NCBI GenBank assembly: GCA_033442325.1
Contig: JAWQFM010000035.1
Location: 591,096 to 655,095, forward strand
DNA from: Salpingoeca rosetta
Lineage: Eukaryota; Protista; Choanoflagellata
Direction of reading: 5' to 3'
Length of the DNA stretch: 64,000 nt
The stretch's first letter is position 1. Each line of letters opens with the position of its first letter. The translations under genes were made by a program, and so were the position numbers. A model generated the notes under the pieces. The model was given only the letters and a program-made list of their open reading frames with translations, made no database searches and had not been told where the DNA came from. Shown one piece after another: positions 1 through 32,573 of this stretch.

Positions 1-389
1 GGCAAGCGCAGCCAGCACCAAATCAAATGCCCCATAAACGCATTCACACTTATCTGAAGGCTCATTCGCTCTTGCGTTGGTTGATTGTCACCATAACTTC
101 GATTGCTGTTGTTGTTGTTGCTGCTGCTGCTGCTGTTTGTTGATTGATTGATTGATTGACTTGCATGCAGAATGTTGTTGTTGTATGGATTGAACACCAA
201 AGCAAAACATAACGTGGTGCAGTGGCAGGAAAATGAAATGAATTGGACGACACAAAGCCACACACATCCACAGTAGAGGCACATGCAACGAATGCCAAAC
301 ATAACAGCAAGGAACAAAGGGCACATGGGGGACGAAAGAAAGGACGGTGGTTATCGCGCTTGCTTGTTTGTGTGAAGCAGCCATATGGG

Positions 390-544
<155 letters not shown>

Positions 545-599
545 CGCGCGTGTGTATGTGAGCACGAGTAGCACGGGGCATTGCGGACGTTGGACGGGT

Positions 600-3500
600 T
601 TAGCCGGCAATGTCTGTTGCCTCTGTGGCGAGGGAGCCGTTGACAACCTTCGTCTTGTACTGCTCGGGCACAGGCATCTCTTTCTGTTGGCATGCAAAGC
701 CACAAGCATGTACAGTGGTGGGCGTGAGGTGTGTGAAACCAGGCATGCGGGGCCAGCAAGAAAACGCACACCAACACACAATTGAGCCACCAACACCAAC
801 ACGCACACACGCGCGCGCGCTTGTCCTCATTCTCCACCCTGCAACAACAGCAGCTCCTGTCCCATTTCCCCCCGCTCTCCTCCGCGCAAAATTGCATGAC
901 TGACGTAGTCGCCGTTGTCGCCCTCTGGGATGAGAACGTTCATCTCGGACGACTTGGCAGACACAATCTCCGTGTCCAGGCTCGTGGCGCTCAGGTACAC
1001 CTGGCACCCGTCCGTCTTGTCAATCGACACCGTCGGCACCTGGCAGGGCAGAGAGAAGAGGTGGTGGAGTGTGAGGAGAGGTGATACGATGGGCAAGTGA
1101 GAACATTTCAGGGACGGGCATCAGACATGCGTGCACACACACACACACACATACAGAAAGTACCTATTTCACCCACCACATAGACGCACACGCAACGCAT
1201 GGTACATGCTGCCACTGCATATTTTCGTACCTTCTCGACAACTTGGACCTGCACGCTCTTGCAGTTGACGACATCAAAGACGCCAACAGCGCTGTCAAAG
1301 ACAACGCCGACCTTCTTGCAGTTGTCCAGCGTGATGCTGTTCACCTTGCCGCTGATCTTGATCGTCGTCTTCTCGCACCTGCAGTGAACACGCAGACATG
1401 GGGTTTGGATGGTGGCGTTGATTGGACACAGAAGCATGGGGGTGGGAGGAGGTGTGGAGTGTGTGAGGTGTGCGACGCAAGATGCCACAGCACGCACATG
1501 CACTAGACAGACAGACAGACAGACAGACAGACACACACACACACACATACACAGACACACACACACACACGCACGACACAGGACACAGCTGGTGCGTACT
1601 TGTAGATGTAGACGGACTGCTTGATGTTGCCCTCGATGACAATGTCGTGGTTGTCCACCTGATACTCGACAGTCCACTTCTTGCCCACGAGCTCAAAGAC
1701 GGGGTCCTTCTTCTGCTTGCGACAGAAGCGGTGGATGGGAGGGAGTCGAGAGAAGGGTGGAAGTCATGGATGGATGGATGGATGGATGGATGGATGGATG
1801 GATGGATGGATGTGTGGAAGTGAGGGGGGGGGATGCACACTTGCATGGCTGAACGTGATATGGCCCACAATCAAAGAAACAGCGCAGCGAGCAAGCAAAG
1901 CAGCGTTTGCGTGTGCGCACAAGGTTTTGCACAAGGTTTTGCTTGGCGCGTGCACTGACCACGGCTGCGGCGGGCTTGGCAGCAGGCTTGGCAGCGGTAG
2001 GCTTGGCGGCAGATGCAGACACCACCTGTGGTGGGATGTGGTGAGGTGGAGTGTTGGTCGATCGTGGGTACGATGCAACATGAGGAGAGTGGTGAACAAG
2101 GAGCAGCAACGGGTTGATGAAGCGGGTGAACTACACAGTAAAGCGCAAAACACACAGCAAGCAGTCACGCACAGCACCAACAACGCCATCGCTGCAATCA
2201 CTGCCGCGTTGGTGCTGACGTACAGAGGTTGCGCGGAGGGCTGGGTTCTTGTGGGTCATCTGGCTCTTCTCAACCTTCTTCAGGCCAGCAGTCACACCGC
2301 CGCCCTGACCATGCACAGACACAGACACACACACAGACACAGACACACACCACGGCATTAACAGTCAAGGGTGTAGGGGGATGAAAGTCGTGAGTGTACA
2401 ACAGTGTGCTGTGATTGGAGGAGGGGTGGCGGAATGAATGCAACACAGAAAGGCAGACACACAGGCAGGAAAAAAAAAACAACAACAACAACAACAACAG
2501 AAAGGAGAAGGCGAACAGCCAGAGACGGGGACAGAGACAGAGGCAACAGTCGAGAAGACCGCCCAAACAGATACACATGCCATCATGGCGCTGATGTGTA
2601 CAGCCACGCCCCATCCATCCCCTTTGCGACTGCCACACCTTGTTCAGCGCGGCGAAGAGGCTGGCGCGGGTATCACTGCCCTCAGACTTGGACGGCACGG
2701 CGGCCGGCTTCGGGGCAGCGGGCTTGGGAGCCGCAGCTGATGATGGTGGCAGTGTGGTTGGGGGGGGGATAGTTGTGTGAGATTGTGGTGGTGGTAACAA
2801 TGAAAGGTGTACATGGTGGTTGGTGGTTGGTGGAGGGGGAGGTTGTGGATGAGATGGGTGATGGGGGTGCGAGAATTATTGTCGGTGTGTAAGAGCGGCA
2901 ATTGTGTTGGGGATCATGAACGATAACTCACGAGCAGCGGTGCCAACGAAAGTGCTGGCATCAACGCCATCGCGGTTGTTCCACACGAGGCCTGGCAGCA
3001 CGAGCAAACAATTGAGAGCACGTGGTGGTGGTGGTTGAGGTGGATGGGTGAGGGACGAGTGGACGGAGAAGCATGGGGTGGTGCATTGGGAACCAGACGT
3101 GCATGCATGTACACCGAGCAGAACGAAGACACAAACAGACAAACAGGCAAGCCATCCACCCACACCCACCCACACCCACCCACACCCACCCACACCCACC
3201 CGCAAACAACACAACACAACACAACACAACACAACACAACACAACACAACACAACACAACACAACACAACAACCATGACCAGCAGCACGATCACGGCAAC
3301 TGTACCGGTGGTGTGGATGTCCTTGATGTAGTCGTAAAGGCCATCGAGGACGGCGACCCAGGACTTGGCCCAGTCCACTTGGCTGTCGGCACCATAGCGG
3401 TGGTGGTAATGCGCGGGGGGGGGTGGATGCAGTGATTGGAGAACCGGTGAGAGGAGCAGCACAGGAGATGGGTGCACAGGCGCACGCGCGCGCGCGTGTG

Positions 3501-4964
3501 TGTGTGTGTGATGAAAGCTCAGGAGCACACGCATTCACACAAGAGAGCGCGCGCATATTCCACCACGCAATGTGCACACCTTTGGTCCTTGTCCTTGAAC
3601 TCCATGAGGACCCGCTATCAGTGGAACGAGGGAGGGGAGAACAAGTGCCGTGGGGTAAGGTGAGTGTGGTCGTTGCGCACTGCACACTGACGGGCAAATC
3701 CCCTTGGTTCACACAGACACATACACACGAACAGGCACACAAACGAGCGCACGTTGGTGTAGAACTGGGCGGCGTCCTTCATCTCGCGGACGTATGGGGC
3801 GGGCTTGGGGGCAATGGTGACCCAGCCAAGGCATGGGATGCCCTCGCTCACAGCGCTCAGGTGGTTGAACTGCCATCAAACACCAAAGACAGCGGCGTAA
3901 GTGCTGTAAAGCACAAGGTGCGATTGCCGCGCAGCGAAAGTACGCGCAATCAGCTGCAAAGAGCGTGCGACAGCGCAGAGGAGTCAAGGTAGACACAGAC
4001 ACACACCTGGTTGCTGCGGCGGTTGCTCTCACGGAAAGACTGGACCTCGGCGAGGGCAGAGGAGGTGTTGTGGAGCAGCTTCATGAGCACATCCTGGGAT
4101 GGCTGCTTGGCCTTGCTGGCGACGACGATGAACTCGCGCTGAGCGTGGAAGGCACGCTCGACAATATCGAGCTGCGTGGCAAGGTCGCCGCCGAGAGCAC
4201 GGCCCTTGGCCAGGAAGTCGGCAAAGGGGCCGCTGAGGAGCTGCACACGCACACGTTGTAACGATTGCACACGGGGTGAGTTGTAGTTGTTCGCATCCAA
4301 AAAAAAAAAAAGTTTAGCAGGAGTTGAAAGGGGGACGCCGAATGCAGAGAGGAAGAGCATAACCCACAAGCATTCACAAAAAGAACACACAGCCGAGCAA
4401 AAAGGGCAACGCAGCCAAGCACGCAAAGCGTGCGCAGTCATCCCACACCCACACCCATACCCACACACCTCGTCGTAGCCGCTGACGCTGGCAGAGTCGT
4501 CTGCGGCGCCACCAGCGGGGGCGGCCTGGGCAGGGGCGGGCGCAGAGCCACCGCGGGAGGCAGCGCCCTCAAGGCGCACAGCAACCTGTTTCAAACAAAC
4601 CCAAACAAGAGGCCAAGCAGCGAATGAGCGAGTGTGAGATAGTGTTGTTGTTGATGCTGCCATCAGTTGTTCAGTTGCTTGTCATCGCATTGAAGCAGAA
4701 AGAGTGTGTGCGTGTGTGTGTGCGCGCATGCATGTACCACAACCCGCCCACACAGGCACAGACACAGACACAGACACAGACAGACACACTCACACACACA
4801 GACACACACACAGACACACACACACAGACAGACACACTCACACACACAGACACACACACACACAGACACAGAAACACAGATACACAGACACACACAGACA
4901 CGCACACACAGACACACGGCCTCACCTTCTCCAGGCGCTGAACGAGGGACTCGAGGTTGGACAT
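600..4964 (-). CDS. CAP: Adenylyl cyclase-associated protein (CAP/Srv2), about 14 exons
   Basis: Exon 1 [13 protein letters not shown] (4964-4926) joins VAVRLE (N-terminal RLE coiled-coil motifs). Helical domain [43 protein letters not shown]; WH2-like [28 protein letters not shown]; CARP domain [52 protein letters not shown]; last exon [26 protein letters not shown] then TAA at 600-602. Confidence 0.95.
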
Positions 4965-5478
4965 GGTTCTGGATTGGTTGGTAGTCGGTCAAGTCAGTGG
5001 TGCTGGGTTGTATCGATCGTCGTTTGTGGCTGGCGTCAGCGGTTGGTGTGTGTTTGGATTCTTGTCTGTCTGTTTCTGGATGAAATGGATTCCTATCCAC
5101 CATAAGAGTAAAATGTGCGCATAGTGCGCATTCAACCAATGCATGTTTCGTGTAAACACAGTTTTATGGTGTCGGGAAAGAAGGACTGCAGTGCAAGAGC
5201 CGCCAAGAATTTGAACCGGAGGCAAGCTGTGTGTGAAGGCGAGCGACTTCTTCACAGACAGACACACACAGGCACACACACACACACACATACACACACA
5301 CACACGTGTCAATCAACATTAGGGAGGGGAGGACCGTGAACGGTAACGGTAACAAAGAGCGAGGAGCAGGCAGGCAAACAGGCAGGTGATCTCTTCTGCA
5401 ATGTGCTGGCTCCATCGTGTGTTCTTGTTGTTAAGTTGTTGTTGCTTCGGTTCTTCGGTTGGGTTTCCTTTTCAATGC

Positions 5479-7427
5479 TCAGATTTGCTCGTCAAACTCG
5501 AGGCTGGATGCCTCGACGCTGGTCGCGCGCTGTTGCTCCTGCCGCTTGCGGGAGCGGACACTGCAAAAACATGACATGCAACATGCAACATGTGAGCGTA
5601 TGTGCGTGAGATGGCCGGTGTGCGCGTGAGTGTGGAGGGGAAGGGCGCGGCGATGCGGCGTGAGTGTGAGACAACTGGTAGAGAGGCTGCGCGCAACACA
5701 CAGCGTGCAGCTCAAACGAGCGTTGCATGCTGCGACAACACCACTCGAGCCAAAGCCGCGACGCATCAGGAACCAGGGAAAAAAAAAAAAGGCTGAACGC
5801 ACAATGCAAAGGCTGCGATGACGACGATGATGGCAAAGACGCTGAGGGCCACGGCAGCAATCACCGCAGGGCCGGCAGCAGAGGAAGAGGACGAAGAGGA
5901 GGAAGACGAGCCGCCGGAGCCTGTCAGAGGTGGAGGAAGGCATCGGATAACGAGGCAGGACAGTGGGTTGTGAATAGGAAGAGGGAGCTACAAGTGACAT
6001 TGTGTGCACACGCACCGCGTGCATGCGCACACCTACACAATAATCATCCCCAGCACACACACACACACACACGCACACACACACACATGCACACACACAT
6101 ACACACATACGCACATGCACACACATACACACGGTACCTTCGTTGCCGACGACGAAAGCGGCAAGGGTGGAGAGGTTCTCGGGAACGCAGTGGCCGTAGT
6201 TGGTGCCTTGGTTAACAGGCATGTAGCCATCGGGGCACGAGTCAAAGCAACCGCCATCAAAGTTGACAAGGCCAGCCTGCAAAGCAAGTCAGAGAGGCAG
6301 CAATTTTGAGCATGGTCAGATGGTGGGACGAGGAAGACGAAGACGAAGAGGAAGAGGAAGAAGAAGAGGTGCTGGTACGCCCTGTTCCCCGACCACACAC
6401 ACACGCACACACACCTGGCAGAGGTGGCAGGTGCCTGGGACGTTGTCGGTGTAGTCGCACTCCGTGCAGCCCGAGGGGCACGCGCAGGCGTAATAGTTAC
6501 CGAGGACTTGCAGAATATTGTTAGTGCACACGCGGGGTACCTGTGTTTGGCAAGGAAATACGAAACGCAAGATAAAAACACAACGTGAGCAGAGCTTGAA
6601 CTTGCAACCAGTCAGTCAGCCAGTCAGCCAGTCAGTCAGTCACAAACAAACAAACAAACACAAACACACACACACATACACACATATGAAACATACGTTC
6701 ACCTCCGCCCCTCCCCCGCCCCTCACGCACATACAAGAACACATCATGTCACGGCACGGACCTGGCAGGTGCAGGTGGCGCAGCCGATGGCGTCGAATGT
6801 GTATGTGGCAATCTCGCCGTCACTGCAGTTACAATTGCCACCAGTGCCAGTGCCAGTGCCACCATCACGGCGCTTTCGCGGGTTGCGTGGGGGATCGGTT
6901 GGCGTGGTGGTGTGCGTCGTGCTGTCACGTGCCCAGCTGGTGCTGGTTGTGCTCACCGTCGTCTCCGGGCGCAGGAGCACCTCGCGCACAACGTGTGCAA
7001 CGCCGTTGGCACCCTCAATGTCAAAGTTTGCAACCTGCACGTTGTTGACGTACACTTGGGTGCCGTCGCTCTGGATGTGCCAGGGCCGGCCATTGGCAGC
7101 GGTGAGCGTCTCGCCATCCATGCCACGGAGGTCATCTCCAGTGAAGACGCCAAAGGAGAAGTGGCTGAAGAGGGTGCGCACGTGCAGGGCAAAAGCCTCT
7201 TCGGAGGGGAAACGACGATCAACAACGTCGTTGGTGGGCACGAACACGGTGACGCGACGAACGGATGTGAGGAAGGGGGCGAGGCCGGCACTGCGGATTG
7301 CACCCACGAAGCGGGAAAAGTCGGCATATTGCTCAAGCACCTGTGGTCATCGGTGGTGTGGTGGGAATGGAGTGTGAGGAAAAGGGCATCGCGCGGAGGG
7401 CATTGCATGTACAAACACAAGCTAGCA

Positions 7428-7506
<79 letters not shown>

Positions 7507-9835
7507 ACACAAAAGCAAACAAACAGCAACGCCCCCCCCCCCCCCCCACACACACATGCCTGGAACTGACCTCGAGGATGTTGCCCTCAATGTAGAAGAA
7601 CGGCGTTGGGTGCAACACGCCACCAAGGGTGTGGATGAGGCCGTTGCTTGCAGGCAAATCAAAGTTGGTGACAAGGACATTGTCGACGGTGACTATGTTG
7701 CCAGACACGCCCACGGTGAGCGGGTTATGGAAAAGGAAGGTGCGGATGTCATCACCGTCACGCGTGAGCAGCTCCTGGTAGTCGATGATGTCGCCAACAA
7801 TGTAGCTAAGGAGGATGCCACGAAGCAGCAACGGCCGCTCAAGCAAGCGCTCCAGCTGTTCCTGCCCAACGTCCCGCAGAAGGGCAGCGTTGGTGGGCAC
7901 AAACACGGTGATGGTGTGGGCGGTGCTGAGGAGGTGCGCCAGCCCCGTGTGCTCAAGCGCTTGCACGAACAGACTGTAGTCTGCGTGTGCGCGCAGTACG
8001 TCAATGACGGTGGGCCCAGCGGGGGCTGTGCTGGTGCTCTCGTACTCTGTGGACGAGCTCATCTCCGTGCTGGGCAAGGGGCTGGTGGCAGTGGTTTCAC
8101 CAGAGGTTGTCTCCGTGGATGTCGACGACGATGTGGAGCATTCGAAACACGTGGTCACTGTCCTCGTCTCGGTTGAGCTGCTACTGGACGTGGATGTCTC
8201 GGTGGTGGTGTCGGTCGAGCTGCTGCTGGACGTGGATGTGGAGGAACTGCTTGTGGTTGGGTAAGACATGTCGGGCACCAGCACGCCGTCCAGCGTGTGC
8301 AGGAAGCCGTTGGAGCCCTGCAGGTCGAAGTTGGTGATGCGAATGCCATTGGCAGAGATGAGGTTGCCGTACGTGTCAATAAACACGGGGTCCGAGGGAG
8401 AGAACGTGTCGACGAGCTGGCCCGAGAGATCCACAAGGCCCGCCCGGTCAAGCGACATGGTGAGGATGTGGCGGTACACGCCCATGCGCAGGTGCTCCGG
8501 GTGGGCGAAGAGGCTGTTGAGGTCGTCCGTGTCAAACTCGCGGTGGATGGCGGCGTTGGTGGGCGCGAGGAGGGTGATCCCTGGGGTGCTGGCAACAAAG
8601 TCACGCAGGCCCGCAGCGCGCACGGCCTGCGCAAACAGGGCAAAGTCTGCGTAGCTCTCCAACACGTCCATGAGGTTTGGCCCCGTGGTGGTGGTGGTCG
8701 TTGTTGTTGTTGTGGTGGTAGTTGTTGTTGTTGTGGTAGTGGTTGTGGTGGAGGTGGTGAACACGGCGGAGAAGATGTGCGCGATGCCGTTGACTGCGTC
8801 GAGCTGGCTGTTCGTCACAAGGTAGCCGTCCGCAAACACCTGGTTGCCAACGACGTTGATGCGGATGGTGGTGCCAGCCAGCGTCGCCAGGGACTGCCCG
8901 TCGGCGGCGACGAGGTCTGCGTACGTATACCTGCCGATGATGGTGTGGCGCTGCATGAGGCGTGCAACGCGCTCGGGCTGGCCGTAGAAGCGGAGCACGG
9001 CCTCCCAGGTGAGCACGCGGGCGAGGACGCTGTTGCTTGGCAGGAGCACGGTGACGTCGGACAACGCAGCAAGGTCGCCCAGGAGGTTGTCGCGTTGCAG
9101 GATCATGAAGATTTGGCTCAGGTCCGCGTACGACCCAATCACATCGGCAAGGTTGCTGCAGTTAGGGCGGGAGGATTTGGATTGGGGGGGGGGGGGGTTG
9201 AATGAGGTTGAGGAGGTGAGGAGAGGTGGGGTGAGGAAGGGGGCTGAGAGGGGAACATGGTGCATGCAAGCACAACAGTACGAACACTGGTCGCTAAAAC
9301 ACGCATGGAGAAACACCCCAACAAAACTAACAAACACAAGCTTGTTCGCACGCACACACCCAGACACACACACCCACACACCCAGACACACAAAACAATC
9401 ACGCACATACACACATACACGCACAATCACACACGCACGCACACCCACACACCCACACGCACACGCACACACGCACACGCACACACACACACACACACAC
9501 AAAATCAAACACCAAATCACAGACACATACACCCTCTCCCTTTCCGTGACTCACGGTCTGCCGGCGAGACAGTAGTCGTGTTGGATGGGGGTGCAGACGG
9601 AGCCGAGGGCCGAGTCCGTGCATTCAAAACCAGGCTCAATGGTGCAGATGCCAGAGCAGCCGTCGTGGTCGAAGCGGTTTCCGTCGTCGCACTCCTCGCC
9701 GGGGTCGACGCGCCCGTTGCCGCAGTACTCCGTGACGTCGCCATTTGCGGTTGCCGTGGCCGGAAGCATGGTGACTGCCGCCAGGGCGCACAGCAGCGCT
9801 GCTGCCAGCATGGCTTGTGTGGATTGCCGTGCCAT
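5479..9835 (-). CDS. Type I membrane protein: signal peptide, myxobacterial-type Cys repeat, 4 FAS1 (fasciclin) domains, antistasin-like and furin-like Cys repeats, TM, short tail
   Basis: ATG 9835 MARQSTQAMLAAALLCALAAV; CGNGRVDPGEECDDGNRFDHDGCSGICTIE; four FAS1 units with H1 (TVLLPSN, TLLAPTN, TVFVPTN x2) and H2 (NGIAHIF, NGFLHTLDGVL, NGLIHTLGGVL, NGVAHVVREVL) at about 9160-8760, 8680-8270, 8010-7610 and 7590-6970; S/T linkers; CACPSGCTECDY..CHLCQ/GGCFDSCPDGY; TM AVIAAVALSVFAIIVVIAAFAF (about 5803-5870); last exon VRSRKRQEQQRATSVEASSLEFDEQI*. Confidence 0.88.
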
Positions 9836-11003
9836 CTTTTCACAAAAAACGCGGTGAGCTTGCGTGTGCGTAGATGTGAGGACCAAGTTGTGCCTTCTTG
9901 ATCGATGAGATGTGTGTGCGTGTGTGTGTGTGTGTAACCGCGGCCTGCCTGAAAAGATGTATCTTCCTTTTGCCTGTGTGTCAGTCTTGTCTGTCAGCTG
10001 CGGAGAAAGGGAGGGTGTGAAAATGAACATGGCGATGAGAAAGACAAGGAGAAGACGGTGTGCGTGTGCGTATGTGCGTGCGTGTGTGTGTGTGTGTCTG
10101 TGTGTGCTTGCGTGAGATGTGTGATGATGGGCACTGCGCTTGCTCTTGCAGTGGTGGCGGAGAAGTAAGTTTTTCTGTGCAGTGAGTTTTTTTTCCCCTT
10201 GTTCGTGTGTGTGAGCTGTGCTTTGTGCTTGCTTCACCACCCAGCCAGCATCGTCATCATCAGCATCAGTGAACCAATCACGATAGGCGCATAATGTGTT
10301 CTGCTATCGTGGCGAAGCAAGAGCGCATCAGGCACACACACACACACACAAGAAGGCAAAGGTTGCTTGCTTGCTTGCTGGCTGGGTGGCTAGAGTGGTT
10401 GGTGACGACAGGCGACGAACGCACACGCAACACAAGCTCACCTCGGTGCTGGACAGCTAGCTGCTGCTCACGTTACGATGTGACGGCAAAGAAGCAAGGC
10501 CTTGGTGAAGCAAGGCAAAATGAGGGAGCGCAACTGATAGGGTGGTGAATGATGACATGATGACATGGTGACAGCCTCTCTCTCCACTGCTGCACACCTG
10601 CTTGCTTGCCGTGCCTGCTTACTGTGACGCAGTGACATGTGAGTGCGTGTGACAGCGTTCCCGCCATCATCGCGTTGTGTTTTGCAGCAGTGGCCAGCCC
10701 AGTTTTTTTGTGCTTGTGCGTTGCGTCGTCGCTTGCCGAAGCAAGATGAAGCGGGCACGAAGTCGTGCGCGTTGCTGTGCCGTGGGACACGGAGGTGGCG
10801 AATCACCGTGCACCGTGCACAAAACGGTGGCTGCATCGGACTTTGCATCCATTCGCAACGATGCGGTTGCATCGAATAGTAGCATAGTCGAAAAATAGCT
10901 GAAAACATCACAAAAACTACTGTACACGCTTTATGATGTCGTTTGTACTCAACAGCGAACTTTCGTTCGCACCAAAACGGGATAGCGAATAGTAGCGTTC
11001 GAT

Positions 11004-11057
11004 GCGAACGTGGCGAAGGGTAAGCGAACGTGGCGAATGGTTAGCGAACGTGGCGAA
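11004..11057. repeat. Three direct copies of GCGAACGTGGCGAA with 20-bp period, near the middle of the divergent intergenic region
   Basis: Copies start at 11004, 11024 and 11044. A related hairpin GCGAAC-TTTC-GTTCGC is at 10955-10970, and CGAATAGTAGC occurs at 10873 and 10986. Confidence 0.85.
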
Positions 11058-12362
11058 GGCAGGCATCTGTGACACGCACCACACAACACACGACACCACC
11101 AACCACAATCCACAACAACAACAACAACGCACGGTATCTGCGCGATGCGGGTGGTTGACTGGCAGCGATGCGGCCGCAGCACGGCGACGAGCACGGTCGG
11201 CTGGGGAGCTCAATGGAATGGTGGGAGCCGGAGCGGCGTTGTCGTGGTGGTGGTGCGTTTCGGCTCTCTTCGCGAGCGCGAAGTAACATAACTCGCGTGT
11301 CAAGCGAGACGACCACGCTACTGAACAGCGACAGCAGTAAGTTGCGAACATGGCAAGCCCAGCCCAGTTTGCTTGGAGGCGCTTGCGTGTGTGGGCATGA
11401 GTGTGCTTGCGTGTGTGTGTGTGTATGTGTGCTCTCGCGCGTCCTGTCATGTCCTTGTTGCTTTCTTTCTTTTTTGTTCATCTTTCGTCGTTGGGCGTCA
11501 TTCCATTTGTCGAGCTAACCTTTTCTTCGCACCGCCAACTACTGGTTGCCCCTGACAACTTCACTGGCAAAGGGACACGCACGCTGAGCCGTCTCCAGGC
11601 ATTCACCGCCATCACCCTGCCAAGGTACCGAGCCCGGTCAACCACGCTCCCTTTGCCGCGCTTGCTGCAGTGTGTTTTGGCCTCCCTCCCTGCATTGCTT
11701 GAGTCTCCTCTTTTCGTGCCAAGCTCGGCCAAAGCAAGCCACTCAACCACACACACACACACGGCCACTGCCACATAATCAATCGCTCGCGTGCTTTTCC
11801 CGACGCAACCCTTTCATGGCCATTTTCCATCCACCCCCGCGCCAATCAGGTTTGTCGTGTGCGTGTATGTAGTCGCTGTGGGCGATGATCGTGAGAGGCG
11901 GTGATGATGGTGATGATGATGCCTTATGGAGCAGACGTTGGGGGGGGGGGGGAGTCAAAGCAACATTGCTTCATCTTTCGTTGTGCACTGCACCTGGTGT
12001 TCTGTGTACGATGGTTTATTCGTGGTGGTGTGTGTTTGGTTTGGAGTGGTTCATTTATTTCGCCATCCTCCACTATCCAAGAACAGCAGCACCAGAGAGA
12101 CTCGACAAAGCACAAGACCACACAGGCACAATACACGTACACAAGACCACACAGACACCACACGCAGTTTGCATTGACTGACGCACAAACCAAACTCCCG
12201 TCCTCTCAACGCAGGTTCTCTCTACTGCCCGAGCAAGTAGTCTCAAGCACCTGATACCAAGCCCTTTTGCTGTGACACCCGGCTCAAGTTCCAATAACCC
12301 ACCTTTCCTTCCATACCAAGCAAGCCACCTTTTCGGCTCTTTCGTCACTCAAATTCAAGGCC

Positions 12363-16993
<4,631 letters not shown>

Positions 16994-17334
16994 ACGACCC
17001 AACACGTGCACACGTGCACACTACCGTTTCCAGCTTATCAACACACCTCCATCCCCATATCAAGTATCCTTCTGAAACCGCCAATGGCTCTGCCATCCAT
17101 CCATTCATCCATCCATTCCCTGATTGACTTCCAATTGCAATCGCTGGATCACCTTCTCCTTTCGCCTGCACCTGTGGCGTTGGGCCATATCTCTTGTCAC
17201 CTCTTCACTGATAGTCATCGCTGCAACCTCAACTTGTAGCCGATGGTTCATTGTTATCTTCTTTTCTGGTCGGGTGTAGGCGTGCTCCTTCCACATCTTG
17301 TTCAAACCGTGCCGCTGTCACTTGTCGTTGTTGG

Positions 17335-17380
<46 letters not shown>

Positions 17381-17967
17381 GCCTTAGTTGAGCACTGACG
17401 AGAAGGACACCTGCCCCGTCCCTTACGTTTTACGTGTGGCTCTTGTGATTTTGTCTCTTGATTCATGAGCGCGTGTTGTTTGTTGCTTGGGCTGCTGTTG
17501 TGTCAGTGGCTGAGGTGGATGGGCGCGAAGACTTACCTGCATGCATCTGTGAAGGGAGTGCAGCAGCTGCTGCAACCCACGTCGCACATGTGGGTGTGGC
17601 ACTGCTGTCTCGCTTTTGGTAATGGGCATTTGGTACTGTCTTTCCGCGACCACCATCATCTTCCTCTTGTGAGTGGCATGCCCCACAACAGCAATACAAA
17701 AACAGAAAACTTAACAGCAACGGAAAGAAGATATGGGAGCGCGTACTTGCGTGCGCGTGTGCGTGCGTGTGTGCGTGCGTGTGTGCATGCGAGTGTTGGT
17801 GGCAAGTTGAGTGTGAAGCAGCTGTTTATGTGCGCGCATGCAGGACAGCGGGGAAAGAAATCATGTAGCGTGAATCAAGCAAGCAAGCAGCCTATGTGAT
17901 GCGGGAATATGAACAAGGAGAGGGATAGCGAGGAAAAGGCAAATGGGAAACAACAAAAGGGCAAACA

Positions 17968-18012
<45 letters not shown>

Positions 18013-18218
18013 AACACACACACGCACGCACAAACAACATAATATTGCATGGAGTGCGCGGAGATGAAAGATAACTGGAGCAAGCGAGAAGGTAATGGAA
18101 GCACACAAGGGACAAAGAATGGTCGTTGCAGACCAATACGGCAACACCGCCATGCCTGCAAGCATTTCCAGCAGTGTACGTGATGGCTGCGCGTGATGCG
18201 TTGGGATCATTTGGCCAT

Positions 18219-31553
<13,335 letters not shown>

Positions 31554-31876
31554 CTTCGTGGGTTCCTTTCGCCAGCTCTGTGTGCTCCACAAGCTGTGTC
31601 AGCAACTCACACACACACACGCCTACACACAGCACAACACGTCAGTGCGCGCTGTGCCTGTGTGCTGCTGTCTGCTGTATGCTGGTTGGTCTGTGTCCGT
31701 GTGCACGATGAGCGTGCACCCACCCACTGCTTCCGAGCACAGCAAAGGCTTTTCTTCCTGCTGTTGTCGCGTCGTGCTGGGCTGGACTCCAGTCCTGAAG
31801 ATTTGTGAATGTTTCACACGAATTCTCGACACTCGTCATTCGCTCCCTCGATGTTGTGTGCCTGTCCGACTGTTGT

Positions 31877-31922
<46 letters not shown>

Positions 31923-32535
31923 CCATCAGCCAGGCCAAGCACCAACCAGAGCTCTCACGCCACAAACAATCACATCCATTGATTGACTGGCAACAAGTCG
32001 ACAGGACGCAAGCAGTCGACCCAAGCATCGCCAAGCACGGGTATGGGGTGTGCGTGCGTCGATATGCATGGTTGCGTGGCCTTTTGCCTTGACTTGATTG
32101 TCAGGTGGACGCTTTTGAGACGCGATACGGTTGTGTTTAGGGAAGAACTTTTGTTCTGTTGGCGGGTTCGTGGCGCGTTGTTGGTTGTCATCATCATCGA
32201 GCCGTGTTGTTGCTTTGCTTCGTGGCTTGTTGTTTCGTCCTGCCGCTTCCGGCAGTTTTTGCTCGTCCTCGCGTTTACTCCACACCAACAACGCAACGCT
32301 CATCCCATCCACCCACATCATCCACCCACATCTTCACGACTGCCTGAATCTCTTGCACGGTGGGTGGATGCTCTTCTCTCTTTTCCTCTTCCGTCTTCTC
32401 CTTGTTCATGTCCATTTCAATCACACCAAGTTTAGAACTCACCCCGACGCATTCGCACGCAAACATTCGACATACAACACACAATTGCACACCCACACAC
32501 ACACACACACACACACAACACACACACACACAATT

Positions 32536-32573
<38 letters not shown>

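Noticed and set aside
11004-11057. CRISPR-like spacing of short direct repeats
   Set aside because: 14-bp repeats with 6-bp spacers, eukaryotic context, no cas genes.
17105-17720. Small ORFs between the mucin gene and ferlin as extra ferlin exons or a gene
   Set aside because: Ferlin closes cleanly at 18219; these ORFs show no recognisable motif and are probably UTR or intergenic.
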